In this document: in pieces, positions 24,813 through 33,878 of the stretch
Layout: each line of letters opens with the position of its first letter
Position numbering within the stretch: the stretch's first letter is position 1
DNA from: an uncultured Pseudohongiella sp.
Lineage (GTDB): Bacteria > Pseudomonadota > Gammaproteobacteria > Pseudomonadales > Pseudohongiellaceae
DNA length: 64,000 bases
Assembly (NCBI GenBank): GCA_965228725.1
Contig: OZ245834.1
Coordinates: forward strand, 674,198 to 738,197
Reading direction: 5' to 3'
Translations under genes and position numbers: made by a program
The notes under the pieces: model-generated
Seen by the model: the letters and a program-made list of their open reading frames with translations, nothing else
What the model was told of the DNA's origin: nothing
The model's database searches: none

Positions 24813-25289
24813 ATGCACGCACTCGTCAAAGCCAAGCTTTTGTTATTCGCTGCGATCGCCATCAGCAGCAGCTATGCGTGTACCTGTTTCTATCAGGGTG
24901 TGTTTCTCGAGTATGCAGAAGCCCATCCCATCGTGGTACGAGGCACGATTAGTGGCTATGGCGAGCCACTGCGCAACGATGAGACATACTATGAGTCGAT
25001 GACAGTGGCAGTTAACTCGGTCGTGAAAGGGACTTATCCACATCGTCGCATCGAGTTTCAGGGCGACACTGGCATGTCCTGCCTGCGCTATGTCACGGAG
25101 CGGGATTACCCCATCGGCAGCGAACATTTTTTCATCGTCTCAGATCAAGCCGTACAACAACCCCTGCTCGTTTGCGGCGAAGGCAGTGTGCTGTTGACCG
25201 GCGAGCGCATTGAGGGGCGCAACCCGCCCGGGTCTGCAGAATTGACGTACAGCATCGCACTCGCTGACTTTCTGGCTGCTCTGAAATGA
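24813..25289 (+). CDS. secreted TIMP/NTR-like (CxC N-terminus) protein
   Basis: Signal peptide ...ISSSYA|CTCF would leave Cys as the mature residue 1. CTC...IVVRGTI...GMSCLRYV...HFFIV...LLVCGEG resembles the tissue-inhibitor-of-metalloproteinase/NTR layout. Confidence 0.45.
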   Translation: MHALVKAKLLLFAAIAISSSYACTCFYQGVFLEYAEAHPIVVRGTISGYGEPLRNDETYYESMTVAVNSVVKGTYPHRRIEFQGDTGMSCLRYVTERDYPIGSEHFFIVSDQAVQQPLLVCGEGSVLLTGERIEGRNPPGSAELTYSIALADFLAALK

Positions 25290-26026
25290 GTGCACTGTAC
25301 GATGTCATCGGCATTAACTACTCAGCGCTTCGCGGCACTGACCCGCGCATCGCCAACAAACTCTACGCTGAACTCGCCGGTGCACGCCGCATTGTTAATA
25401 TCGGTGCAGGTACAGGATCCTATGAGCCTGAGAACGTGGATCTCGTCGCCGTTGAACCCTCGGTCAGGATGATTGCCCAGCGGGCGAAGAACGCCTATCC
25501 GGTGCAACAGTCCTCTGCTGAGAACCTCCCCTTTGTGGACAAGACTTTCTCTCACGCCATGACTGTCCTGTCCATGCATCACTGGCAAGACCATGCCCTG
25601 GCGTTCGCCGAAATTAATCGCGTGACTACAGACAAGTTTGTCGCCGTCACCTGGGATCCGCAGGCAGAGCCCTTCTGGCTTACGCGCGACTACTTTCCGG
25701 AATTTCCGGCACAGGAAGCAGACAGCTTTCCGACGCTGGATAGCTTGCGCGAAGCATTCGACGACGTACACGTCGCTGTGCTGCCGATACCTGAAGATTG
25801 TCAGGACGGCTTTCTCGCCGCTTACTGGAAAAGGCCTCAAGCCTATCTCGACCCGCGTGTGCGACAGTCGATTTCCAGCTTTGCCCGAGCGACAGATCTG
25901 CAGCAAGGATTGGATAGACTAGCCGCCGATCTTGCGAGCGGTGACTGGCAGCAACGGAACGCGGCGATTCTCACACAATCAGAGCTGGATGCCGGCTACC
26001 GACTCGTCACGGCCCAAATCCGATAG
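25286..26026 (+). CDS. class I SAM-dependent methyltransferase
   Basis: Motif I RIVNIGAGTGSYEP. ATGA overlap with the preceding gene. Confidence 0.75.
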   Translation: MSALYDVIGINYSALRGTDPRIANKLYAELAGARRIVNIGAGTGSYEPENVDLVAVEPSVRMIAQRAKNAYPVQQSSAENLPFVDKTFSHAMTVLSMHHWQDHALAFAEINRVTTDKFVAVTWDPQAEPFWLTRDYFPEFPAQEADSFPTLDSLREAFDDVHVAVLPIPEDCQDGFLAAYWKRPQAYLDPRVRQSISSFARATDLQQGLDRLAADLASGDWQQRNAAILTQSELDAGYRLVTAQIR

Positions 26027-26129
26027 AATGATTCTAAACTACAGAGTAGTGATTTCTGATTACTCGTTATCGACCGCTGACCACTGACATCCGACAGCCA
26101 CAACAGCCCGCACCAGCGCGATTACTTCT

Positions 26130-26807
26130 ATGAGTAAGCCCATAATCACAAGCATAACGGACGCAATGCACGAGCCCGATGTGTCGAGCCCACTGGATTT
26201 CCATAAACTGGAGGATGCACTACAGTGGGAGAGCACGGCCATGGCGCGCCCTTTCCGCCTTGAGGCGTTTGATTGTTTCGCAGAGCAGTTAGCGCGTAGC
26301 GGAATTAAGAGCAGCGATACAGGGAACACTGGATTAACACACGTTCTGGAACTCGGTGCGGGTCCGGGTTTTCTGGTCGAGCACCTCGCCTCCCGCATCG
26401 ACTCACTGTGTTTCACATTACTCGATTATTCAGAGGCGATGCAGCAGCTCGCCCGCAAGCGACTAGAGCCCTATATCGAACGTATGAAATTTCTAACCCG
26501 CGATTTCAAACAGACGAACTGGCCCCATGGCATAAGCCCGGTTGACTGCATTCTCTGCAATCAGGCGTTGCATGAGTTACGCCACAAACGACACGTGCCG
26601 CTCTTTCATCGTCAGGTGCACTCGCTACTCCCACCGGGTGGCTTGTATCTTGTGTGCGATCACGTTCTTGATGCCGATGGTATGACTAATGAGAAGCTGT
26701 ATATGACAGCAACTGAGCAGTTAACCGCACTCAAAGAAGCTGGCTTCGCTGCCGACGTAGTATTCAGGAAAGGCAGCTTGCAACTGCTCCGGGCTAACGC
26801 TATTTGA
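26130..26807 (+). CDS. class I SAM-dependent methyltransferase
   Basis: Motif I VLELGAGPGFLVEHL, later LCNQALHEL. Confidence 0.75.
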   Translation: MSKPIITSITDAMHEPDVSSPLDFHKLEDALQWESTAMARPFRLEAFDCFAEQLARSGIKSSDTGNTGLTHVLELGAGPGFLVEHLASRIDSLCFTLLDYSEAMQQLARKRLEPYIERMKFLTRDFKQTNWPHGISPVDCILCNQALHELRHKRHVPLFHRQVHSLLPPGGLYLVCDHVLDADGMTNEKLYMTATEQLTALKEAGFAADVVFRKGSLQLLRANAI

Positions 26808-26884
26808 GTCCATCGCAGGAAGATGAATTGCCGCCGCTTAACTCATTGGTCTTGTAAACGAGTCATTATTTAATTCTTTCATCC

Positions 26885-27631
26885 ATGCTGTCCCGAAAAC
26901 GATCAGTCAAACAGGCCGCCGCACGGACTACGCAACCCGCTGCGGTAGCACAGGTTCAGAACGCTTCTTATCCGCAGGCAACAGCCCAGCTACAGGACAA
27001 TCGCAGCAGCACGCTGCAGCGAGTGCAGCAGTTGCGTGAGCTGAACGTAAAAGAGCCACACCAACAACTGAGCCAACTTAAGCAGCCAAATGCTGTGCTA
27101 CAAGCCGTGCTCTTCGAAGGCGCTCCTGGTGACTGGGAAGGCTGGAACGCCATGCTTGCACATCTTGAGGAGCTGCACGAAGAGCACGTATTGCCGGGCA
27201 AAGACGCGATCGACGAATTCGTCGCCGCTGCAGAAATTGACTGGTACGGCACCGAAGAACACAGTGCTGCCGTTGAGCAATTCAATGCCAAGATTACCCT
27301 GAAGTCGAAAATGAAATCGGCACTGGAGGAATTGAAGGTACCGCCCACTGACTCGGCCGATCTGGACTGGGATGAAATCGTAGGCTATCTGGCTGCGGAG
27401 ATTCACGCCAAGGGATTTATCACAGTCGAATCCGAGCATCGTCACTTGCCCGGCGGCCATGGACTCGGTTATTACTGGGCAGCGTCCGATGGCACGACAG
27501 GCACTGTGCCTGACAATGCACACGGTCGTGGCGAAGGCGCACTCAATGGTGCAAGGGGCAGCGTGCGCACTGTCATCATCGCGCACAACGCCGCAGTGGA
27601 TGCCGCCAAGGCTGCGGTGGACAATCTTTGA
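26885..27631 (+). CDS. hypothetical protein (Q-rich N-terminus)
   Basis: 248-aa ORF. No recognisable domain. Confidence 0.5.
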   Translation: MLSRKRSVKQAAARTTQPAAVAQVQNASYPQATAQLQDNRSSTLQRVQQLRELNVKEPHQQLSQLKQPNAVLQAVLFEGAPGDWEGWNAMLAHLEELHEEHVLPGKDAIDEFVAAAEIDWYGTEEHSAAVEQFNAKITLKSKMKSALEELKVPPTDSADLDWDEIVGYLAAEIHAKGFITVESEHRHLPGGHGLGYYWAASDGTTGTVPDNAHGRGEGALNGARGSVRTVIIAHNAAVDAAKAAVDNL

Positions 27632-27674
27632 TCAGGCTTTTCACACACCCCCGAATCCATGAGTCAGCTAGCCT

Positions 27675-28061
27675 ATGTTGAATAAAAGTGTCTTGATAAA
27701 AATTCTGCTAATAGTGCTCGTTTTCGCAGCCTTTCCATTCGCTGCGCCGGCGGCCATTGAGTTCATTCTGATGGTGGACTTGTTGGGTGTAGAGGCGCTG
27801 CTACTCTTTCTTCTCTATCAGGGGCGTCAGGGCATCATTCTGTTGATGCATCGTCTCGGGGCATGGTGGTTTCATGTCTGTTGCACCTTCGCCCTGATTG
27901 CCGCCCTGTATTGCCTTGAGCCGTCAGTTGCATTACTGCATCTCAGTGGCAGCGTACTCCTGTTCCTGCTCGCCTCCTCGCTGTTATTCGCGCTGTTGCT
28001 CTGGATACCTCCTATCCTGCTTAGCCGGCACGCACGGCACAGGAATCCTTGCCATGTCTAG
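27675..28061 (+). CDS. membrane protein (hypothetical)
   Basis: 128 aa, 4 hydrophobic helices. Confidence 0.5.
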   Translation: MLNKSVLIKILLIVLVFAAFPFAAPAAIEFILMVDLLGVEALLLFLLYQGRQGIILLMHRLGAWWFHVCCTFALIAALYCLEPSVALLHLSGSVLLFLLASSLLFALLLWIPPILLSRHARHRNPCHV

Positions 28062-28425
28062 CGAGATGACTCCAAAGGAAGTTGTCACGCAGTGGGTGGC
28101 GCTATTTAACGCCGCGGACGCTGACGCGCTCGCTGCACTCTATGCCGACGACGCGGTAAATCATCAGGTGGCACTCGAAGCAGTGACGGGGCGTGTGGCT
28201 ATTCACGCCATGTTCTCTGCCGAATTCGCCAGCGCTGACATGCTATGCATTGTCGAAAACCTGTTCTGTGATGGCGAATGGGCGATTCTCGAATGGAAGG
28301 ATCCACTCGGCCTACGTGGCTGTGGCTTTTTTCAGGTGCAGAATGGGCTGATCGTGTTCCAGCGTGGCTACTGGGACAGGCTCTCTTTTCTAAGAGCTCA
28401 GGGACTCGAACTTCCCCAGGAGTGA
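28054..28425 (+). CDS. NTF2-fold (SnoaL-like) protein
   Basis: EVVTQWVALFNAADADALAALYADDAVNHQV... is a typical SnoaL-like N-terminus. Start at ATG 28054 overlaps the previous gene. Confidence 0.7.
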   Translation: MSSEMTPKEVVTQWVALFNAADADALAALYADDAVNHQVALEAVTGRVAIHAMFSAEFASADMLCIVENLFCDGEWAILEWKDPLGLRGCGFFQVQNGLIVFQRGYWDRLSFLRAQGLELPQE

Positions 28426-28645
28426 ACGGCACAGACAACCGGCTGCCTGAATTGCTGGTGTCACCGGGCATTCCTGGAGCTAGCCAATGGGGCTGCGTTG
28501 CAATCTCCCTGCAAATACCCGGCAACCTCTCTGAAATGCCCCGTAAGCTCTCCTAATTCCTCCCTATAAGCTCCCAGAAAATCGCAATCTGTTGTCGGTT
28601 TTCTATAGCCATTTCCCGCTGATCTGGTAGAATGCCGCACTTTTT

Positions 28646-29284
28646 TTGACCGGACCTGGCAATCAAGTGAAATCTTTTCCGAACCCCTTTTACCGATGGC
28701 GCCCACATCCATGGCATGGCCTGGAAGTTGGCCCTGAAGCCCCGCGCGTTGTACACGCCTTCATCGAAATCTGTCCCTTCGACCTCGTAAAATATGAAGT
28801 CGATAAAACCACCGGTTATTTGCGCGTCGACCGACCGCACAGGACGTCATCCCAGCACCCTACTCTGTACGGTTTTATACCGAAAACCTACTGCGGGAAT
28901 CGCGTCGGTGCCTTGATGGACAGCGCCAGTCGTGGCGATGGCGACCCACTGGATATCTGCGTCATCAGCGAGCGTCCAATTTCAAAAACCGAGATTCTTC
29001 TCAATGCACGCGTTGTTGGCGGGCTTCCGATGCTGGATAATGACGAAGCTGACGACAAAATTATCGCCGTGCTGGAAAACGACCCACTCTGGGCATCAGT
29101 AGACGATATCTCAGACCTGCCGCCTGCGCTGATCGAGCGTATGCGACACTACTTCATGACCTACAAGCTGGTACCCGGCGAGGAAAACAAAGTCTCCATC
29201 GGGCCAGCCTACGGTTTCGAACATGCGCGGAAAGTATTGGAAGCCGCCATGGCAGATTATGACAATGAGTTTGGCGCTGACTAA
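28646..29284 (+). CDS. ppa: inorganic pyrophosphatase (family I)
   Basis: [30 protein letters not shown] signature, DDKIIAV. Confidence 0.9.
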   Translation: MTGPGNQVKSFPNPFYRWRPHPWHGLEVGPEAPRVVHAFIEICPFDLVKYEVDKTTGYLRVDRPHRTSSQHPTLYGFIPKTYCGNRVGALMDSASRGDGDPLDICVISERPISKTEILLNARVVGGLPMLDNDEADDKIIAVLENDPLWASVDDISDLPPALIERMRHYFMTYKLVPGEENKVSIGPAYGFEHARKVLEAAMADYDNEFGAD

Positions 29285-29397
29285 ACTCGCTGGACTGTCA
29301 CTACCAAAATAACGTGCACATCAAGAGTGTGGAGCGCCGGCGATCCCGGTCAACCACCCGCATAAAAAGCAAGAATCGATAGCAATCGATCCTGACC

Positions 29398-29422
29398 GAA
29401 GCACCTGCTTGGCCGGTGCTTC
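29398..29422 (+). terminator. 8-bp perfect hairpin gaagcacc-N9-ggtgcttc downstream of ppa
   Basis: Read directly. Followed by agaatttat (poor U-tract). Confidence 0.3.
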
Positions 29423-29462
29423 AGAATTTATGCACATAAAAAAAGTGGAATGATCAAAAGTC

Positions 29463-29909
29463 ATGACCGAAATACCTGCTGACAATTTACGCACCCTCGT
29501 CGCGGCCGGAAACAATGGTTTCTACCGCGTCGAAATCGAAGGCGTTGGAAATGCCAGTGACCTGGCCCACGTCATCTCCAAAATCGCTGTCTTTCCTGAC
29601 TCAAGAAAGGAACTCTGGATTGCGACCAAGGTCCGCCTGACACTTAGTAGCGCGGAACTGGTGGCACTGGCCGATCGCGCAAAAGAAATGGCACATCGAC
29701 CTGACAAAGTGGCCATCGTCGCGAGCGACGACCTGACTTTCGGTCTGGGTCGCATCTATGCGGGCCATCGCGAGACCGCCGAGCATCAGATGAACGTGTT
29801 CCGTACCGAAGAGAGTGCGCTGGAGTGGCTCGACCTCGATGCCGCAACAGCCGCCAACGAGCAGTTGGAAGAGCGGGACTGGGAATACCACCAGACCGTG
29901 TCACGATAG
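29463..29909 (+). CDS. STAS/SpoIIAA-like fold protein (hypothetical)
   Basis: 148 aa. Paralogous in outline to the next ORF (…ESALEWL / …NEAMRWL C-termini). Confidence 0.45.
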   Translation: MTEIPADNLRTLVAAGNNGFYRVEIEGVGNASDLAHVISKIAVFPDSRKELWIATKVRLTLSSAELVALADRAKEMAHRPDKVAIVASDDLTFGLGRIYAGHRETAEHQMNVFRTEESALEWLDLDAATAANEQLEERDWEYHQTVSR

Positions 29910-29961
29910 CCTCGCCTGCGGCTCGCGCTTTGTGAGCCGCTGCACGCCGATCTACACAGCC

Positions 29962-30345
29962 ATGGCCGTAAACTTCACCTACACCCTGCACGACAATTAT
30001 CTGGAGATGCAGGTTGCGGGACGCTATGACTACGACGCGGCTATCAGGGAGTTTGCTGTCTTGCTCGACATGGCGCATGACGAAAAGACGCAGAAGGTTC
30101 TCGTTGATTACAGAGAGCTGGAACACATCGGCGGCGATGTGGAGAAGATTCTCTATACCTTCAAGGCCGAAGAGATCTACCGCTCCTATCTCACCAAGAC
30201 TGGCATGCCTTTGCGCCTGGCCTATCTCGCGCCTTCGATCGAATCCGAGCCGGGCGCCGATATTGGCAGGAAAGTCCCTGGCCTCGAATTCGAAATCTTC
30301 GCAGACAAGAATGAGGCCATGCGCTGGTTATTGTTTAACGTGTAG
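29962..30345 (+). CDS. STAS/SpoIIAA-like fold protein (hypothetical)
   Basis: Start taken at MAVNFTY (29962) inside the longer ORF 29815-30345. Confidence 0.45.
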   Translation: MAVNFTYTLHDNYLEMQVAGRYDYDAAIREFAVLLDMAHDEKTQKVLVDYRELEHIGGDVEKILYTFKAEEIYRSYLTKTGMPLRLAYLAPSIESEPGADIGRKVPGLEFEIFADKNEAMRWLLFNV

Positions 30346-30536
30346 TACGACGAAAAGTACTGTTAAGAGCACATCTCAGAGTAATAACAAGAGCGCAACG
30401 ATCGCTACGCTCTCGCGGCAAACAGCACACCGCTCTCATTTCATTTCGAAATACCACACATAATGCTTCCAGCCCCTGAAGCATTCCGCTCTCCAGTTCG
30501 CAGCCCTGCACAAGCCCGCTGAATGGGCTATCCGGG

Positions 30537-31751
30537 CTACACCGAGCGTGTCGCGATAGCCGGCTGAATGGCCGCCGCGCGCGTTGACGGACCAAGTGCC
30601 GCCAGCTGCCCGATGAAGACCAGCGCCAGTGCGCCGATAGGCGTGTAGTACCAGGCCATGGTCGGCATATTGAAATTGGTCGTGAGCATGATACTCAGTG
30701 CAATGGTGAGCACAGCACCAATTACCACGCCGATGGCCGTGATAAAGAAGTTTTCCAGCATGAAGTAGCGCACGATAGCCGGTCGCGTCGCACCGAGTGC
30801 GCGTCGCGTGCCAATCTGCTTCTTGCGACGATTGATACTGAACACGGCGAGGCCGACGATGCCCATCGAATTAATGAACATCAGCGTCACGATAACCACC
30901 AGCAAAATGGTACTCATGGCGCTATCGAGTCGATAGCTCGACTCGCGGGTCTGTTCCAGCGACTCCATATCCCTGATAACCCGTTCGGCTGGTCGCGACG
31001 CAAGCAACTCTTCCACTTCGATCATCAAGCTGTCACGCATGCCTGGCTCGGCGCGCACGATATAGCGAGTGAAGGTATCCAGATATAGCTCGGGGACAAT
31101 GATAGAGTTTTCTACGAAGCTTGCAGTCGGCCACGCCGCCTGCAAACGTTCGACAATACCGACGATCTGGATCGGCACTCCTCCGGGCAGCCACGCAGTG
31201 CGCCCTACCACTTCGTTCACCGTAGCCTCCGGGAACAATACCTCCGCCAGCGTGGAGGAAATTACCGCTTTGTCGGCGATCGTCTCGCCGGGCTCGTCAC
31301 GCATGCGCATATCGGCGGCGGTAAAATATTCTCCCGCAATCAAGTTCAATCCCAGCGTTTCAAATATTTGTTCGTCGGCGCGATAGATAGCAGTGGGTGT
31401 GCTGGCCGTATCAGGATCATCTACTGCGCGGATGCCCGTCGAAGAGCCACCGCCACTCACCGGAATCGCATTGATCGACGAGGCACTGCGCACACCGGGA
31501 AGCTGTCGCAGCAGATCGAGATCATCCGCTATTACCACGTCTTCGCGATACTCATCGCCATAACCAATGTTAACGACATGAAAGATATTTGCTTCGTCGA
31601 GACCGCTGGGCCGCGCCATCAGGCGAGAGCGCTCGTTGATGATGAACACCGCATTGATAATCACCGTCATGGTGAAGGCGATTTGGGCTGCAATGAGCAC
31701 CGCTCCCAGCTTGTTCCGCAGTAGCGCTCTGACAATTGGTCCAATTTCCAT
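30537..31751 (-). CDS. ABC transporter permease, FtsX/MacB type
   Basis: N-terminal TM, large periplasmic domain, and C-terminal FtsX module (RRKKQIGTRRALGATR...). Start at MEIGPIV (31751). Confidence 0.85.
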   Translation of the reverse strand: MEIGPIVRALLRNKLGAVLIAAQIAFTMTVIINAVFIINERSRLMARPSGLDEANIFHVVNIGYGDEYREDVVIADDLDLLRQLPGVRSASSINAIPVSGGGSSTGIRAVDDPDTASTPTAIYRADEQIFETLGLNLIAGEYFTAADMRMRDEPGETIADKAVISSTLAEVLFPEATVNEVVGRTAWLPGGVPIQIVGIVERLQAAWPTASFVENSIIVPELYLDTFTRYIVRAEPGMRDSLMIEVEELLASRPAERVIRDMESLEQTRESSYRLDSAMSTILLVVIVTLMFINSMGIVGLAVFSINRRKKQIGTRRALGATRPAIVRYFMLENFFITAIGVVIGAVLTIALSIMLTTNFNMPTMAWYYTPIGALALVFIGQLAALGPSTRAAAIQPAIATRSV

Positions 31752-31771
31752 AGTGACTCTCCAGTGCCCCG

Positions 31772-33079
31772 CTATTGCGTTTTTAGATGAATGGCCGGGT
31801 TGACGTTGCACGCGCGCCAGATGGGATAGAGTCCGGCGACGATAGTGCAGACGATGGCCAATGAGATTGTGACCAGAACCACGGGCACGTTGAGATGAAT
31901 CCAATCCGTGATCATGAGTTGATCGCCGATCAGAATCTTGATGCCTTCCAGTCCGAAGTGTGCAACCACGAGCCCGATCAGCCCGCCCAGCAAGCCGATG
32001 AATCCCGCCTCGATCACGTGCTGAATAAACAGCGAGCCCTTGTGTGCACCAAGTGCCTGGCGTTCACCGATCTCGGCGGACTTGCCGAGAAACTTGGCCA
32101 GCAACAAACCTATCGTATTGAGCAGGCAGACTGCCAGCAACATAGCCGCGAGAACTGACAGTATGCGCGTCTCATCCGGCATGACTTCCTGTTCAATCAT
32201 CCATTCCTGTACGTCGAACAGCGCGTTGTTCTGTGGTCTCTGAAAGCGGCCGAGCTGTTGTTGTTCAGCCGTATAGGCGTTGAGGAAACTCAGGTAGTCT
32301 TCTTCCTCTGCGCCGTTACGCAGTTCCACCCAGTACTGAATCCAGACACACTCGGAATTGAGAAAGGCCTGTTGCCCCGTTCCTTCGAGTGGCTTCCAGC
32401 AGTTGGTGTTACCCGGGCGCGGCATGTCCGACACGACGATGTGACGCCAGGGAATATAAAGCGCCTCACCGCTGTCGAAGGGTCCGTTGTTTACATCATA
32501 GAACTTGGGCACAGGATCCCAGTAGTCGAGCACGCCGGAGACCTGATAGTTTTGCCCGGCGAGCACCACCGTTTCTCCCACCGAATCGGCCCCACCAAAG
32601 AGTCGTTCATTGGTCTCCCGTGAGAGCACCACCACCTGCTCGATGTTTTCATCGGCCTGTGCTCCCCAGCCCTGACCATAGAGAAAGGGCACGTCGAACA
32701 TGGGAAAGAAATCGGCGAAGACGCCGCGACCGATTACCGAGAAAGGCCTGATCTCCGGATTGGCAGGCTCCACGATCACCGACAATTTCGAGCTGGCGGT
32801 TTGGCGGAATGCCCTGCCCGCATCCTGCAAGGCCATCGAGTCGATATAGGTGAGTTGTTCCGGCGGATCGTTGTCACGATCAGGATCGCCATTGTCGAGC
32901 TGCACATGAAACAGCTGTGAACTCTTGTGGGGAATGGGATCGCCACCCATCGTGTAGTTGAGGGTGAAGACCACCATGTAGGCGCCAATTCCTATCGCCA
33001 CAGCGAGCACCATCAGGGTGCTGAGTATGGGGTTGCGTTTGTAACTCAGCGCAGCCAGTCGCACATAATAAAAGAACAT
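31772..33079 (-). CDS. ABC transporter permease, FtsX/MacB type
   Basis: Same architecture as the neighbouring permease. GERQALGAHKGSLF... FtsX motif. Confidence 0.85.
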   Translation of the reverse strand: MFFYYVRLAALSYKRNPILSTLMVLAVAIGIGAYMVVFTLNYTMGGDPIPHKSSQLFHVQLDNGDPDRDNDPPEQLTYIDSMALQDAGRAFRQTASSKLSVIVEPANPEIRPFSVIGRGVFADFFPMFDVPFLYGQGWGAQADENIEQVVVLSRETNERLFGGADSVGETVVLAGQNYQVSGVLDYWDPVPKFYDVNNGPFDSGEALYIPWRHIVVSDMPRPGNTNCWKPLEGTGQQAFLNSECVWIQYWVELRNGAEEEDYLSFLNAYTAEQQQLGRFQRPQNNALFDVQEWMIEQEVMPDETRILSVLAAMLLAVCLLNTIGLLLAKFLGKSAEIGERQALGAHKGSLFIQHVIEAGFIGLLGGLIGLVVAHFGLEGIKILIGDQLMITDWIHLNVPVVLVTISLAIVCTIVAGLYPIWRACNVNPAIHLKTQ

Positions 33080-33099
33080 AGTTAATCCTCGCCCTAAGC

Positions 33100-33819
33100 T
33101 CAGGCTACCGCGACCGCAGACTCAGCACTGGCTGCCAGCGGTACTCGCTGTCCACTCTCTTCCGCGATGCGCCCATCCAGTATGTGGATGTTGCGCCGCG
33201 ATTGCTGCGCGAGTTCCTGATCATGAGTCACCATGATAATGGTCGTGCCCTGGGCGTTGATCTCGTTCAACAAGTCCATCACGCCGTGTGCAGTATTGGA
33301 GTCGAGATTTCCCGTGGGCTCGTCCGCGAGCAGGAAGCGTGGCTCACCCACCAGCGCCCGGGCAATCGCCACACGTTGCTGCTGTCCGCCAGAGAGCTGC
33401 GCGGGAAGATGTTTCTTGCGCCCGAGCAGGCCTACTGACTCCAGTGCCTTTTCCACTCTTGGTTTGCGTTCGCTGGCTTTCAGGCCGCGATAGCGCAGTG
33501 GTACATCAACGTTGTCGAACAGATTCAGATCGGGCATTAAGTTGAAGCTTTGAAAAATAAATCCGATCTTTTCATTGCGCAGGCGCGCGCGCTGAAAGTC
33601 GCCGAGTTCGGTAACATCGACGTTATCCAGCAGATAGGTGCCAGCGGTGTAGGTTTCCAGCAGCCCGGCGATATTCAGAAAGGTCGTCTTGCCACAACCA
33701 GAAGGACCGGTGATGGTAACGAACTCTCCCTCCTCCACCTGTAAAGTGAAGTCACTCAGGGCATGGGTTTCTACCAACTCCGTGCGAAACACTTTGCTGA
33801 TGTTGGTCATTTTCAACAT
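33100..33819 (-). CDS. ABC transporter ATP-binding protein (MacB/LolD-like)
   Basis: Walker A GPSGCGKTT, signature LSGGQQQRVAIARAL, Walker B LLADEPTGNLD. Confidence 0.95.
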   Translation of the reverse strand: MLKMTNISKVFRTELVETHALSDFTLQVEEGEFVTITGPSGCGKTTFLNIAGLLETYTAGTYLLDNVDVTELGDFQRARLRNEKIGFIFQSFNLMPDLNLFDNVDVPLRYRGLKASERKPRVEKALESVGLLGRKKHLPAQLSGGQQQRVAIARALVGEPRFLLADEPTGNLDSNTAHGVMDLLNEINAQGTTIIMVTHDQELAQQSRRNIHILDGRIAEESGQRVPLAASAESAVAVA

Positions 33820-33878
33820 GGGGCAACCTCTCTGTGCGTCATGCGTTGCATTTGCGAAGCCCGGCTTTCTGCCAGCGG

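Noticed and set aside
26885-27631. Q-rich N-terminus (TLQRVQQL, AVLQAVL) as a DUF4157/eCIS-cargo-type toxin leader
   Set aside because: There is only a vague motif resemblance, with no metalloprotease HExxH, no toxin domain and no injection-system genes nearby.
31752-31904. 51-aa N-terminal extension of the FtsX permease ORF (also 20978-21181, 29815-29961, 27898-28053, 52060-52260 and 53194-53247 for other genes)
   Set aside because: The extensions overlap the preceding gene or intergenic DNA, and some start at non-ATG codons. In-frame internal ATGs give canonical family N-termini or signal peptides.
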